Shown piece after piece: positions 48,199 to 58,937 of a stretch of 64,000 nt of DNA (positions are counted from its first letter, which is position 1; each line of letters starts with the position of its first letter). Position numbers and translations under genes: made by a program. Location of the stretch: NCBI GenBank assembly GCA_038247415.1, contig JBBRUX010000003.1, forward strand, positions 32,001 through 96,000, written 5' to 3'. The notes beneath the pieces are model-generated. The model was given only the letters and a program-made list of their open reading frames with translations, did no database searches and was not told the DNA's origin. Source of the stretch: Chitinivibrionales bacterium (GTDB taxonomy: Bacteria > Fibrobacterota > Chitinivibrionia > Chitinivibrionales > WJKA01).

Positions 48199-49269
48199 TT
48201 AGTAAATAACAGGGACCGTGTTTAACCGTAAAGCCTTTTTGGCAACTGCAAGAATTTCTGCTTTTGTTCCTGCATAAGCATCGATGGTATGAGTTGCTTT
48301 ACTTATTGTTGTTTGGTCTTTTTCTATTCCTTTCACAAGCTGTAGTTCTATTTCTCCAAAAAGCAAATGTTCACCAGATGGTGCGGGGCCTGCATTATAA
48401 GATTGTATACCACCTTTTGGGCCATCGGGGTTACCCTTGGCTGGATCTACGCATTCTTCTTGCGACCGGGGCATGTCATTGGTGGATTTAATAACACAAA
48501 ACCAGGTGTCGGAATCTGGATAGGCAGACACATACACAGCTTTTACAGGATTGTCAAAACACATATCTTCTGGACGAATTGCAAGTTTGTAAATATCCTG
48601 AGCATCTATTTTATACCGCGCGTAGCCAGCTTCTACACTCACTCGATCTGCAGGGATTGGGGTAAAGTAGCTGAGCACCGATGCGTTTGGTTTAATAGGA
48701 AACAGTGCTGTTCCAGGGGATGATAGACCATTTGTAAAGACCATTGCGAGCGACCATGCGCACATATCGATGTGTGTAACTCCAATTACCATAGTGTCAG
48801 TAATGGTTGTACCGGCGTGTGCTAATCCTGTAGAAAAGGGATCGGTCTCATGAATTTTAAATATTCTTTCGGCACTGCACCCTTCGTACGATTCATTCAT
48901 GACACAGTCGAATGCTGCAAAGTTGCTCTGGTACTGTAAAGATCCTATGGTGGTATAATGTCCTGGATCCATTTCTGATGGTGTAAACCAACCTTCGAAG
49001 TCGCGAGGGTTATCGTAGTAGAATGTTCGCTCGGGAGAGAGCCAAAGCCGCTCTCCGCCGATAGCCCATAGTTTTGATGCCATTACTTCATCGAGATTAG
49101 CGGGATTCCATAAAACATTGGGGAGATCTCGTCGGGGAAAAAGGCCGAGAAGTCGCGCCCCATATTCTGTAAAAAGCAAAGCCCCTTGAGACGACTCAAC
49201 CATTGTGGTGGGTGAAAATTTTGTGGTAATTGCTTGAAGCTCTTTACAAAAAAACGATGGATTAGACAT
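48199..49269 (-). CDS. Conserved hypothetical beta-rich protein (possibly galactose-mutarotase-like fold)
   Basis: 356-aa ORF with AAGGAG ribosome-binding site; YGARLLG, GGERLWLSPE, FGEIE motifs. Confidence 0.65.
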   Translation of the reverse strand: MSNPSFFCKELQAITTKFSPTTMVESSQGALLFTEYGARLLGLFPRRDLPNVLWNPANLDEVMASKLWAIGGERLWLSPERTFYYDNPRDFEGWFTPSEMDPGHYTTIGSLQYQSNFAAFDCVMNESYEGCSAERIFKIHETDPFSTGLAHAGTTITDTMVIGVTHIDMCAWSLAMVFTNGLSSPGTALFPIKPNASVLSYFTPIPADRVSVEAGYARYKIDAQDIYKLAIRPEDMCFDNPVKAVYVSAYPDSDTWFCVIKSTNDMPRSQEECVDPAKGNPDGPKGGIQSYNAGPAPSGEHLLFGEIELQLVKGIEKDQTTISKATHTIDAYAGTKAEILAVAKKALRLNTVPVIY

Positions 49270-49408
49270 AGTGTATACTCCTTGAACGGTCTCGATAGGT
49301 TGTGGTGAAAAGAAAAGTGGGACCCTTTAAAATATAATGGTGCTCGAAAAAAAATGCATACATCATAATTTTAATCTGAGTGCAGAGATTCTTAGGTTTC
49401 TATAAAAT

Positions 49409-50773
49409 TTATGGGAAAGCGTCTTCATCGGATCCTTCTACCAGAATGCCGTGGGTATTCATACGAGAATAGAGCGCACGGCGAGAAATTCCCAATAACG
49501 AGGCCGCTTTTGTTTTATTTCCCGATGCCTTTTCTAACGCCTGCATAATTAAACTTTTTTCAACTTCGTCAAGAGATACACCATCATCGGGGAGCAGAAA
49601 AGATCCTGCAAACGCATTGGTTTTGGCAATAGTAATATGAGTTGGAAGATGCTGCGGCAAGATTTGTTCGTTATTTGAAACGATAACACTGCGTTCGATA
49701 CAATTTTCAAGTTCTCGAATATTACCTGGCCAGGTATACGCCAAGAGTATATCGAGAGTTTTTTTTGCAATGCCCCCAGTATGATGAAATTTGAGGAGAA
49801 ACGAGTCTGCCAGGAGCGGGATATCTTCTCTGCGTTGTGCGAGGGAGGGGATAAGAATGGGAAATATGTTGAGCCGATAGTACAAATCTTCGCGAAACGT
49901 ACCATCTTTAACTGCTGCTTCGAGATCTTTGTTGGTAGCTGCAATAACGCGCGCTGTGGTTTTGATACATTGGGTGGCCCCAACTCGCGTGAATTCCTTT
50001 TCTTGAAGAACACGCAAAAGCTTGACTTGGAGAGATTGTGAAATATCGCCAATTTCGTCGAGAAATACGGTGCCCGATCCTGCTTGTTCAAAAAGCCCAA
50101 GCCGTTTATCGATTGCACCCGTAAATGAACCTTTTTCGTGACCAAACAATTCCGATTCGAGCAAGTTTTCGGGCAAGGCCCCGCAGTTTATGGCAATAAA
50201 TCCCTTGCGCCCGCTTTCGGCATGGACGCCACGGGCAACAAGTTCTTTTCCGGTTCCGCTTCTTCCCCGTACAAGCACCGTCGTTTCACGGGATGCAACA
50301 CTTTTAATGGCTGCAATAACCTCGTGAATTGCTCGCGATTCACCAATAATGCCCTTAAGTGTTTGATAGGAGTCAACATCTTTTTGTAAACGCTCAAGCT
50401 CAAGAGACTTAGTGGTATCAGCCAGAGCGCGTTCAATGAGCATGAGCATTTCTTCCATCTCAAATGGCTTTGCAATATAGCGCAGAGCTCCCCGTTTCAT
50501 TGCCTCTATGCCTGTTTTGGCATCTGCAAAGGCAGTCATGACGATAACGGGAATGGCAGGATAGAGTTGCTTAATGTGCGTGAGAAGCTCAATGCCGGTC
50601 ATGCCATCCATGCGTATGTCCGAGAGCACGAGGTCGACAGGAGACGCTTTAAGAATGGTCAGTGCTTCTTCTCCCGAGCAGGCTTCGCTAATCTGGTAGT
50701 TCCCCGAAAAGAGGGCCATGGCAAGCAATGCCCGAATTTTTCCCTCGTCGTCAACAATCAGGATGTGTGCCAT
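49409..50773 (-). CDS. Sigma-54-dependent response regulator (NtrC/ZraR family)
   Basis: REC domain, [32 protein letters not shown], Fis-type HTH. Confidence 0.96.
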   Translation of the reverse strand: MAHILIVDDEGKIRALLAMALFSGNYQISEACSGEEALTILKASPVDLVLSDIRMDGMTGIELLTHIKQLYPAIPVIVMTAFADAKTGIEAMKRGALRYIAKPFEMEEMLMLIERALADTTKSLELERLQKDVDSYQTLKGIIGESRAIHEVIAAIKSVASRETTVLVRGRSGTGKELVARGVHAESGRKGFIAINCGALPENLLESELFGHEKGSFTGAIDKRLGLFEQAGSGTVFLDEIGDISQSLQVKLLRVLQEKEFTRVGATQCIKTTARVIAATNKDLEAAVKDGTFREDLYYRLNIFPILIPSLAQRREDIPLLADSFLLKFHHTGGIAKKTLDILLAYTWPGNIRELENCIERSVIVSNNEQILPQHLPTHITIAKTNAFAGSFLLPDDGVSLDEVEKSLIMQALEKASGNKTKAASLLGISRRALYSRMNTHGILVEGSDEDAFP

Positions 50774-52038
50774 AAGTTCCTCGGGATAGAAATGGTGAAA
50801 GTAGTTGGACTGCCGGGTTTAAGGGCGAGCGTGTATCCGAGTCGTTCACAGACCGTTTTTGTAATTGCCAAGCCTAACCCTGTTCCATTGTTATGCGATG
50901 TTACAAACGGTTCAAAAAGAGTTTTTCGAATAGATTCTGGTACTCCTGGTCCGCTATCGGCAAGCGAAAGAACACCGAGTTGCTTTTCTAAAGAGAATTC
51001 GGCTTTAATACTTCCCGTTTCTTTCATGGCTTGTGCTGCATTACGAATTAGATTGTCGATTGCTTGACGTAGCGCATCGGGATCGGTTGTGATGCTATAA
51101 GAATTGTCGATTAAAAGAGAGAAAATAATAGTGGGATAGATAAGTTTGTATGGTTCGGTGATGGCTACAAAGAGTGGTGCAAGCTGTACCTTTTTTAATA
51201 CCAGCGGACGTTCACGAGAAAAGGCAAGCATGTCGTCGATAAGGCGGGAAAGTCGCATTACTTCTTCGCTTAAAAAAGTAAATGCTTTATGGTGATGTTG
51301 TGGATCAAATTGTTTTTGTAATACATCGGCACTCGCTTTAAGAATGGCAAGAGGGTTTTTAAGCTCGTGGGCCAGCTCGGCGCTCATTCTTCCCAAAAAA
51401 GCAAGCCTGTCGGTATGGGCAATCTTGTGTTGATTCTTACGGGCAACCTGAGTAAGCCAAATTATACCAGCACACATGACAATCGTAAGCAGGGCAAGTA
51501 CAAGGGTGATTGCGTAAAAATATCCTTCTACTTTTTGCGTAAGCGTCAAGTCGTCTTGGTTAGATTCCAGAACAATAAGGGCTGGGGTTAATCCGATTGT
51601 GCAAGGATAATAGAGCGAATTAAAGGATACCCCATCGAGTGTTTGAATGGGTGTCAGGGAAGGGATAGTACGGGAGGCTGCTGTTTTAAAGAGTTCTGGA
51701 AAAGCAAGAAATGGTAACAGATCATCGCCGCGCTGAATAATCTGCTGGCTGCTGTAAAGAACCATCCCCGTTGTAGAAGTAATAACAATACGCTCAAATC
51801 CACATCCCCGAGAAAATTGACCAAGCCACTGGGAAATCGCCTGCGGATCGGTATCGTTTCCCATTAACTTTTCCTGCGTGGTAGCAGCAGCGTAGGCCGC
51901 AAACGATGACATACGGGCGAGAGCTCGAGTGCGTTGTTGGCCTACCCCAGAAGAAAATATGAGCATGGTAATAACAAAAAAGATTGTTATCGAGCCAATG
52001 ATGATACAAAGAAGAGTAAATAAATAGCGGTTTTTCAT
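50758..52038 (-). CDS. Membrane sensor histidine kinase
   Basis: Two TM helices, AHELKNPL, NLIRNA, DSGPG, GTGLGL. Confidence 0.94.
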   Translation of the reverse strand: MKNRYLFTLLCIIIGSITIFFVITMLIFSSGVGQQRTRALARMSSFAAYAAATTQEKLMGNDTDPQAISQWLGQFSRGCGFERIVITSTTGMVLYSSQQIIQRGDDLLPFLAFPELFKTAASRTIPSLTPIQTLDGVSFNSLYYPCTIGLTPALIVLESNQDDLTLTQKVEGYFYAITLVLALLTIVMCAGIIWLTQVARKNQHKIAHTDRLAFLGRMSAELAHELKNPLAILKASADVLQKQFDPQHHHKAFTFLSEEVMRLSRLIDDMLAFSRERPLVLKKVQLAPLFVAITEPYKLIYPTIIFSLLIDNSYSITTDPDALRQAIDNLIRNAAQAMKETGSIKAEFSLEKQLGVLSLADSGPGVPESIRKTLFEPFVTSHNNGTGLGLAITKTVCERLGYTLALKPGSPTTFTISIPRNLWHTS

Positions 52039-53687
52039 GGTAATTTGACTGAAATGGATGCTGAAATCTCAAAAAAGGAGGTCTTGGTAGTTGTCGTAGT
52101 TCCTATTTCGGTAGAATAAGATCCCAAAAGATCTGCCCGTATATGCCTGTTAAGAGTATAGCCTAAAGCTCCTTGTATGCCAAGGGTATTTGAAAGGGAT
52201 AGCAGAGGAGAATCGCTTGACGCGGGCCGATCCATACGGTAACTTCCGTCGATGCTTATCTCAATTGTTGGAGCTGTAAAGGAGATTCCAGCCCGAGGAG
52301 AGATGGTATAGCCACTTTCCCAAATCATAGCAGAATCATATAAAGTATATCCATTATCACTTGTGGTAACCGCGGGATAATTCCCTATAAGAAATTCACA
52401 TCCAAATGTCAATAAAAGAGGATCGGATAGATCGAGAGAAAACTCCGGGTCACATCGAAATGCATGACCAACAAGAGTATATGAATCTTTGATAGTACGA
52501 AGCGTTTTAGTATAGAGCAATGAATCGGCCGGGTTGACTATATGTGATGAGTCGGTGCGAATGATGGTGTCTTGAGTTGAGATTATTGAATCGTTGTAAT
52601 AGCGAGAGGTATAGGTATACAATATGGCGCAGGATAGCGAAAGCAGTGTGCCAGTAGTAATAGATGCTGTAAGCGAGTTTTCGGATTCAAAACTTGTATG
52701 GAGAAAATCTCGACTTAGGCACGAAGTTGAAAGCGCCGTACTTGAGAAAAAAAGATTCGCGTTTGTGCCCCAATAGGACGCGTGAAGGGCTGGGCCAGCG
52801 CTTACATTATCTAATGAATCGTCGGGGCCTTGATAATTGGTATAGGCAGAAGATAGTATGAACTGGATAGTAGATTGCGGTGTAATTAAGTACGAAAGTG
52901 AAGGCGATATATGAATGTTTTGAAACGACGATGCCCCACTGCGGTCGAACATAGTTGATACCGCATTGGCTGCAATAGGCAAACTCAGCACGAGATGTTT
53001 TTTGCAAAGGGTATCAACACGAGTGACTTCCAGAGACCCTCGTATGTTGTCGGCAGAATCTTTCCAGGGCTGATTTACATTTTTAGTACCACCCAGAGTC
53101 CCCGTCGACACCACATGTCCTAAGGGCGATTGCAATTGCCAATTGATAGACGCCGATGCTCGGGCATTTGATACTTCTGTTTGTAAAGAAATGGATCGTA
53201 GGCTCGGGGTGATTTTTTCTAAAAGTACCGTGGCGCTCAATTCGCCGTTATAGACCTCCGTGTCAAGCGAATTGTAGCTCTTAGATGCCGAATCGATAAA
53301 TAAATAACTCGATGAATCGGAATTTTCTGAAAATCCGGCCTGTGCTTGAATAGTCCATGTTGGCTTTAAGGAATTAGATGCACGGGAGGGTTTTACGTTT
53401 TGTGTACTTTTATTTGAATCTGCTACCACAGGCGAATTACCCAAAGGAAGCAGCGCCAGCGCATCTAAAAAAAGCTTAGCACGTGCGAGCTCATCTGCAG
53501 CACGCAGGTAGGCACTATCTTCTTCGGTTGGTTTGTTTTTAGTCAAGGCCTCTCGCCCGAGTTCGAATAAGAGAGAATCCTGCGTAATGGGTTCGGATTG
53601 AGCTTTGGAAAGCGTGAATAGCCCAATGAATGCTGCGCAATAAGCTATGTAATGAATGCGCCAATGTAGGGGAAAAACATGCAGCAT
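52035..53687 (-). CDS. Exported Ser/Thr-rich hypothetical protein, probable outer-membrane beta-barrel
   Basis: Signal peptide; alternating amphipathic beta pattern; C-terminal FEISASISVKLP. Confidence 0.6.
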   Translation of the reverse strand: MLHVFPLHWRIHYIAYCAAFIGLFTLSKAQSEPITQDSLLFELGREALTKNKPTEEDSAYLRAADELARAKLFLDALALLPLGNSPVVADSNKSTQNVKPSRASNSLKPTWTIQAQAGFSENSDSSSYLFIDSASKSYNSLDTEVYNGELSATVLLEKITPSLRSISLQTEVSNARASASINWQLQSPLGHVVSTGTLGGTKNVNQPWKDSADNIRGSLEVTRVDTLCKKHLVLSLPIAANAVSTMFDRSGASSFQNIHISPSLSYLITPQSTIQFILSSAYTNYQGPDDSLDNVSAGPALHASYWGTNANLFFSSTALSTSCLSRDFLHTSFESENSLTASITTGTLLSLSCAILYTYTSRYYNDSIISTQDTIIRTDSSHIVNPADSLLYTKTLRTIKDSYTLVGHAFRCDPEFSLDLSDPLLLTFGCEFLIGNYPAVTTSDNGYTLYDSAMIWESGYTISPRAGISFTAPTIEISIDGSYRMDRPASSDSPLLSLSNTLGIQGALGYTLNRHIRADLLGSYSTEIGTTTTTKTSFFEISASISVKLP

Positions 53688-53771
53688 AGATATGTTGTAA
53701 ATAAAGGTCTTGGTTTCGTTGAGATGCTAGCATAAAATACATGGCGACCAGTCTGCCTATCTTCTTCTCGA

Positions 53772-55232
53772 TTATTCTGTAATGTCGCCAAGGGAAGTGG
53801 AATCGTCTTCGAAGGGCACTGCAATAGCGCTTGTGGGCGCAACCAAAGATGTTGAAGCATCTTTTTGTGATATGATCTCTAAAAGCAGTACTTGGGCCTT
53901 TGCTAAATCTGCACGATTGTCAGATGCGAGAGCTTCTGAAAGGATCTTTTTTGCTTGAGTGAGTTGTTGTTTTTCTTGCGGGGTCTGTGCTATTTCTTGC
54001 GCACGCTTAAGAAGCTCTGCAGAGGTAGATTGCGACGTAGTAGATGTTTGCAGGGCGGGGGGATTTTGGGTTGCAATATCAGCAGCTTTTGCAGCGAAGC
54101 GAAGCGCAATATCGAGCTCTGCTTTTGCAATCCTAAGATTGTTTCGGTTTTTTGCTGCTTCTGCTCGAAAACGATGTTCGATTGCTTTACTCATAATATC
54201 CCGAGCAAGCGCATTTCCCGATTTGGCAACGAGTTCCTTAGCATTTTCGATGCGCATAAGGGCACTTTCTAAACGGGCGACATCGGCGTTAAGGTTTTTA
54301 TTATTTTCTTGCATGATTGCGTCAACAAAGCCTCTTGCTTGACGTGCATGCAAAAACGCTTTTGAAATGTTTTTCGTGGAAAGTGCTGTTGCAGATCGGG
54401 CATTTTCATCTTTGGCGAGCGTTAAAAGTTGCAGTGCACGGTCTGAAGGCATTGTAGTAAGCGCTTCAATTTTTGTAATCATGTCAAGCGTCATTTCTGC
54501 ATATGCTGCAATACTAGCTGCTTTGATGTTTTCGGCGAGCGTATCAAGAGTCGTTGCTTTCAGCGATTGCGCCATGTCACGAGCTTTGAGTGTTAGCTTA
54601 AGCGAACGCTCGAGTGCTCTATTTGCAAACGCTTTTTTTGCAAGATCTTGCATACTGAGTGCGCTTTTTAGTTTGTCGGCATCTTGTTGAGAGGGAGATA
54701 GTAGCGAGCGTGCTGCAGTGGCGATAACCTGGTCGGTTTTTCGAATGATTTCGGGTGCCCGCCTGGCAATGGCTGCTCGTCCCCGCATGTGCTGGCCATA
54801 GGTGCGAAGCGATTGGAGGTATGCAGTAACATCAGATTCTAATGAGCTTATTTTTGATGACAGGGTAGATAAACGTGATTGACAGATAAGACATAACCGA
54901 TCGGAGGCAATATCGCGTGCAAGTGCATCGCGACTCATGCGAACATCAATCATACGAGAGGACAATGCCAAGCTTCGAGCTTGTTCTGTGGCTTTATTAA
55001 TAAACTGGGTTATAGCAGATTTGTCGGCATCATCAACGATTCTGCTAAGAGTAACCAGAGCAAACCATTTGTTTTCTAGATCTTTTAGTTTAACTACAAT
55101 TTTTTCGAGGCGAGTGTTTTCGCGCGTGAGATCTGTTGAGATGTCTGCCCAGGCATTTAAAGAAAATCCCATGAGCAACCACATGGGAAGGATTTTGGAG
55201 CACAGAGAAAATAGTAAACGATATGAATTCAT
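53772..55232 (-). CDS. Exported all-helical Ala/Leu-rich hypothetical protein
   Basis: Signal peptide ending NAWA; repeated helical hairpins; AGGAG ribosome-binding site. Confidence 0.65.
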   Translation of the reverse strand: MNSYRLLFSLCSKILPMWLLMGFSLNAWADISTDLTRENTRLEKIVVKLKDLENKWFALVTLSRIVDDADKSAITQFINKATEQARSLALSSRMIDVRMSRDALARDIASDRLCLICQSRLSTLSSKISSLESDVTAYLQSLRTYGQHMRGRAAIARRAPEIIRKTDQVIATAARSLLSPSQQDADKLKSALSMQDLAKKAFANRALERSLKLTLKARDMAQSLKATTLDTLAENIKAASIAAYAEMTLDMITKIEALTTMPSDRALQLLTLAKDENARSATALSTKNISKAFLHARQARGFVDAIMQENNKNLNADVARLESALMRIENAKELVAKSGNALARDIMSKAIEHRFRAEAAKNRNNLRIAKAELDIALRFAAKAADIATQNPPALQTSTTSQSTSAELLKRAQEIAQTPQEKQQLTQAKKILSEALASDNRADLAKAQVLLLEIISQKDASTSLVAPTSAIAVPFEDDSTSLGDITE

Positions 55233-55260
55233 AGGAAACTCCTTTTTGATCCATCTTTAC

Positions 55261-55276
55261 CGCAAAGCCTATGCCA
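55261..55276 (-). promoter_or_regulatory. Sigma-54 (-24/-12) promoter
   Basis: Reverse complement TGGCATAGGCTTTGCG matches GG-N10-GC, 29 nt before ATG 55232. Confidence 0.8.
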
Positions 55277-55369
55277 GTAACTAAAAAAACTCAGAAATTC
55301 AATTGTAATGTTGTACCAGGGAGAAAAAACCGTTACTCTGCTTATATAATGCTCATCTTAGTATAGCGG

Positions 55370-55389
55370 TGTGTACGAGATGGTACACA
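55370..55389. promoter_or_regulatory. Palindromic candidate enhancer (UAS) for a sigma-54 activator
   Basis: TGTGTAC-gagatg-GTACACA, about 100 bp upstream of the -24 box. Confidence 0.5.
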
Positions 55390-55926
55390 TTATAGGGTTA
55401 ATTTCAACTGAATGCCTGTGGATCGCCCTGAAGCTTTGGGCACAAGGGCAAAGCTCTTATGGCGTGGCGTGGTAAAATAAAGCGCCGGCAGAATGCCAAC
55501 TAAAGCACCAGCAATCACATCTTCGGGATAATGTTTATGAGCAGCAATTCGTGTTGCACCAGTAACAAGTGCAAGCCCAAGGGCAGGAATACCAATACGT
55601 GGCCCATATCTTTTGTAAAGAAATACTGCGGGAGCAAACGTCATTGAAGTATGGCCGGAAACAAATGAGTAGGGTTCTGTATCTGGCCTTGTTTTGGGTA
55701 TAGTAAGCTTTGTCCAGCCCGTGATAAGGGCGGCGGTTCCAAATGATTCTCCATACTGTAAAGTGCCTTCGTAATCATGTTCCAAAAGGGTGTAACCCCC
55801 CGCCGCAAGGGGTAGTGCAACTCGTAAAATGTCACCGCACAGCGCAAATGCTTTTTCTTGCGACGACTCGGATGCGTTACTCATACAGCATAAAAAAAAG
55901 AGACTTACAGCAACTTTGCTAAACAT
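55390..55926 (-). CDS. PAP2-family phosphatase
   Basis: K...PKTRPD, SFVSGHT, TRIAAHKHYPEDV. Confidence 0.9.
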   Translation of the reverse strand: MFSKVAVSLFFLCCMSNASESSQEKAFALCGDILRVALPLAAGGYTLLEHDYEGTLQYGESFGTAALITGWTKLTIPKTRPDTEPYSFVSGHTSMTFAPAVFLYKRYGPRIGIPALGLALVTGATRIAAHKHYPEDVIAGALVGILPALYFTTPRHKSFALVPKASGRSTGIQLKLTL

Positions 55927-55972
55927 TGGTAGTATCCTTGAGGGAGTGTTTACAGGATCATACTAATTTAAT

Positions 55973-57751
55973 TTAGGCCGGAGGCACAATATCTTGCCTT
56001 GTGCACAATGCCCGGTACTGTTCGCAGGTATAGTAGATTTCTGCGTGGCTTCCGGCTGCAATGCTTGTGCCTTTTTCTAGATATACTATGGTGTCGCATT
56101 CGAGTACCGTAGAAAGCCTGTGGGCAATGATAACTGCAGTTCGTCCTTGAAAAAGCTTTTTCATGGTTGTCTGAATCTTTTTTTCTGTAATGCTATCAAG
56201 GGCAGATGTTGCTTCGTCAAACAGTACGATGGGAGGATTTTTGAGAAAAACGCGAGCAATAGAAAGTCTTTGGCGCTGCCCACCCGAAAGTCTTACTCCT
56301 CGCTCTCCCAGTACCGTGTCAAGACCTTGAGCCATTTCATTAACAAAGGTGAGTGCCATGGCATTTTCGAGGGCTTGTGATATTTCTTCATCGGTCGCAT
56401 CCGATTTGGCAATGAGCATATTTTCGCGAACGCTTCCGCTGAGGATGGTTGTATCCTGCATCACAAAACCAACCTGTTCTCGGAGGCTCTGTTGGGCAAT
56501 ATCGAGAATATCAACCCCGTCAAGCAGCACCTGCCCCGATTGAGGCTTCATGAAGCGCAAGAGCATATGGGCAATGGTCGATTTGCCTGCACCACTTTCG
56601 CCAACGATTGCAACACTCGTGTGAGGCTTTATGGTTAGCGAAAAATTCGAGAGCACAATTTTAGTTGGGTCTGCGGGGTATGCAAAGAGCACATTTTTAA
56701 AGGATATCGATCCTGTTAAATCAAACGATTGTGCACGCGGCCTATCTTCGATAAGCGGGGTTTGTTTAAAAAATTCTATGATGCGATCGAAGCTTGCGAA
56801 GGAGGAAAAAACTTGTGCCAATTGACTCAGAACATTTGCTGCATGCCATGACGAAGATCTCCAGTAGGTAAAAAAGGCGACAAGCGTTGCAACAGTAAAT
56901 TTGGGCCCAATAAGCAATGCCCCCAGTGCGAGCATGAACAGGGGGCCAATTAAGGTAATAAAGGTATTGATGGTATCGCTATAATAGATGCCCACTCGTT
57001 TACTGCGCAGTGTTTTTTTTAGAAACGAGTCACACAGTTCTCGTATCGAGGCAGAGAAACGTTCTTCCTGTGCAAACGATTGAATAAGGGTCATCGATGA
57101 AATGTTTTCGGTCATACGCGCGTTTACTTTGCCAAGATCATCGCGAGCTTGTCGGTTAAGAGAACGCATAAAGGGAAATATGCGTAAAGAAATGAGGAGG
57201 AGTATAAGCAGCACCCCTCCATAGAGCGCAAGCATAGTAGTATTAAGAAATCCCATGATAATAACCGAGGTTGTAAGAAGGCTAAGAACCCAAAACATAT
57301 ACTGAAATTGACTATACAGTTCCATAACACCGGTCATAGTATCGTTTGTTAATCGTGAGGTAATTTCTCCCACATGGGTGCGTTGATAAAAATCGAGATC
57401 TAATCGCTGCAGATGTGCATACAGTTCGGTTTGGATAGATACCATGGTCTTGGCTCCAATAACCTGCCAGAGGGTATGCTGTGTTACGGCAATTGCATAA
57501 AAAACAATAACTACAGCCATGCCAACACACGAAAAGGGAAGAAGCTCCCGGTGTACAAAGGCCACAGGATCTTTAAGCAATCTGTCAACAACATAGCCAA
57601 GCATCCCTGGTACAATGCCTTGAATAATGCCATCGAGCGAAAGAAGAAAAACATGAAGAGGAATTAGTTTTCGGGTTGGTCCTGCATATTTCCAGAAAGT
57701 CGATACTATTTCGGCAATCTTGGCTTGACGCGGTAAGGTTTGTGTTTTCAT
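55973..57751 (-). CDS. ABC transporter, fused permease/ATPase (exporter type)
   Basis: TM domain plus GESGAGKST, LSGGQRQR, DEATSALD, IAHRLST. Confidence 0.95.
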   Translation of the reverse strand: MKTQTLPRQAKIAEIVSTFWKYAGPTRKLIPLHVFLLSLDGIIQGIVPGMLGYVVDRLLKDPVAFVHRELLPFSCVGMAVVIVFYAIAVTQHTLWQVIGAKTMVSIQTELYAHLQRLDLDFYQRTHVGEITSRLTNDTMTGVMELYSQFQYMFWVLSLLTTSVIIMGFLNTTMLALYGGVLLILLLISLRIFPFMRSLNRQARDDLGKVNARMTENISSMTLIQSFAQEERFSASIRELCDSFLKKTLRSKRVGIYYSDTINTFITLIGPLFMLALGALLIGPKFTVATLVAFFTYWRSSSWHAANVLSQLAQVFSSFASFDRIIEFFKQTPLIEDRPRAQSFDLTGSISFKNVLFAYPADPTKIVLSNFSLTIKPHTSVAIVGESGAGKSTIAHMLLRFMKPQSGQVLLDGVDILDIAQQSLREQVGFVMQDTTILSGSVRENMLIAKSDATDEEISQALENAMALTFVNEMAQGLDTVLGERGVRLSGGQRQRLSIARVFLKNPPIVLFDEATSALDSITEKKIQTTMKKLFQGRTAVIIAHRLSTVLECDTIVYLEKGTSIAAGSHAEIYYTCEQYRALCTRQDIVPPA

Positions 57752-57778
57752 AGGTTACACAGGTGTCCTTGAATTAAA

Positions 57779-57824
57779 CAAAAAAACCTTGAATGCGACT
57801 GAAATCAGGCAACATTCAAGGTTT
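57779..57824 (-). terminator. Terminator beyond the distal att copy (probable original tRNA-Pro terminator)
   Basis: AAACCTTGAATG...CATTCAAGGTTT with an A run on the + strand. Confidence 0.7.
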
Positions 57825-57834
57825 AGATAAATCG

Positions 57835-57888
57835 AAAGAATCGGGGTGACTGGATTTGAACCAGCGGCCACTTGAACCCCATTCAAGT
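57835..57888 (-). repeat. att-like direct repeat: 3' part of tRNA-Pro (54 bp)
   Basis: AAAGAATCGGGGTGACTGGATTTGAACCAGCGGCCACTTGAACCCCATTCAAGT, identical to 59766-59819. Confidence 0.95.
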
Positions 57889-57954
57889 CTCATAATTTAA
57901 AATAGTTGTTTTCTTTTGGGAATTGCAAGAAACAGAGATGGGCATTTTGTTAGC

Positions 57955-58517
57955 TTAATTCTGTCGCCCATCATCCCGTGCAAGATAGCGGACAATACAG
58001 GAGTTGAAAAGAAGCCAAGAAAGAGAGCCCATTCGTGCAGTAACTGTTACCTGCTGAGAATTAAATAGGCACGATTTGTGAATGGAACATTGATGGGTAA
58101 GATCAAGAATGAATCCTGATGTGAATGATCGCACCAAGGGGGTAAGTAGAATTTTTTGAAACTGTTGTAACGCCTCAAACCGTCGATAACAGAAGCAGGA
58201 ACGTCTTTGTCTAGCTCAATCAGAGGTGATACGTGGGAGTATTCCAAGTCATGTCTATCTCGATCCAGATCACAGGTATTTCCTATAATGATCCATTGAG
58301 CACATTCTCCGTCTATCGTAGAAATATCTCCTTCAGAATCAATCACAGGAAAAGGTGACCGAAATTGCACGACATCGCCTTGGCATAATGCAACATCTGG
58401 GAGTGTATCGTCAGAGTAGAAAATCCTAAATATACTTTGAGTCGATATGAGGTCTTTTATTTGGGTCGTCAATGTATCAAAATCGTACGTGGGAGGCCAC
58501 CCACGAGAAGTGGTCAT
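57955..58517 (-). pseudogene. Third gene of the TIGR04255 module, apparently frameshifted near 58115-58140
   Basis: N-part LCQGDVV...WIIIGNTCDL...FYLPPW; the -1 frame continues GFILDLTHQCSIHK...RYLARDDGRQN. Confidence 0.65.
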
Positions 58518-58936
58518 GACATTTTCTTATAGGGATTGATAAAGAGTTTCTTAGTTTTAACTTCTCTGCCCGCAAAGTGCGAATCAATGGCCTTATCAAC
58601 TTCGGCATCCACAGGAAGAAATGCCCTTCTCTGGATGAATTGAAGCCCTTGGAACAGCGGGGTAGAAAAGTCGTCGACAGAACAAACTTCGCTGAGATTC
58701 ATTGGAACGAGATTTGATTCCGCAGAGGAGAGTGTTAAACTTGAAGTGTTCTTGATGCCCATAAACCCTCCGCCACTTGAAAAATGTACAGCTGTCGAAT
58801 AGAGAGGTTCTGTTTCGGCAGCATAGGTTGTAGATGGTGACAATGCGATACCGCTTAATACTACCATGGCGGCAGCAAGAGGGAAGCGGTTTTGAAAAGG
58901 ACCTTTGTCAACTGATGAATACGTCGGGGATTCCAT
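58514..58936 (-). CDS. Hypothetical protein, middle gene of the TIGR04255 module
   Basis: 140 aa; starts 1 nt after the upstream stop and overlaps the next gene by ATGA. Confidence 0.75.
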   Translation of the reverse strand: MESPTYSSVDKGPFQNRFPLAAAMVVLSGIALSPSTTYAAETEPLYSTAVHFSSGGGFMGIKNTSSLTLSSAESNLVPMNLSEVCSVDDFSTPLFQGLQFIQRRAFLPVDAEVDKAIDSHFAGREVKTKKLFINPYKKMS

Positions 58937-58937
58937 C

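Noticed and set aside
49549..50145. Long alternative-frame ORFs inside known genes (also 37924-38457, 45226-45741, 60934-61518)
   Set aside because: They are fully nested in well-supported CDSs and carry no recognisable motifs.
57841..57888. Second tRNA-Pro gene
   Set aside because: It lacks the 5' acceptor strand and D arm; it is the att duplicate.
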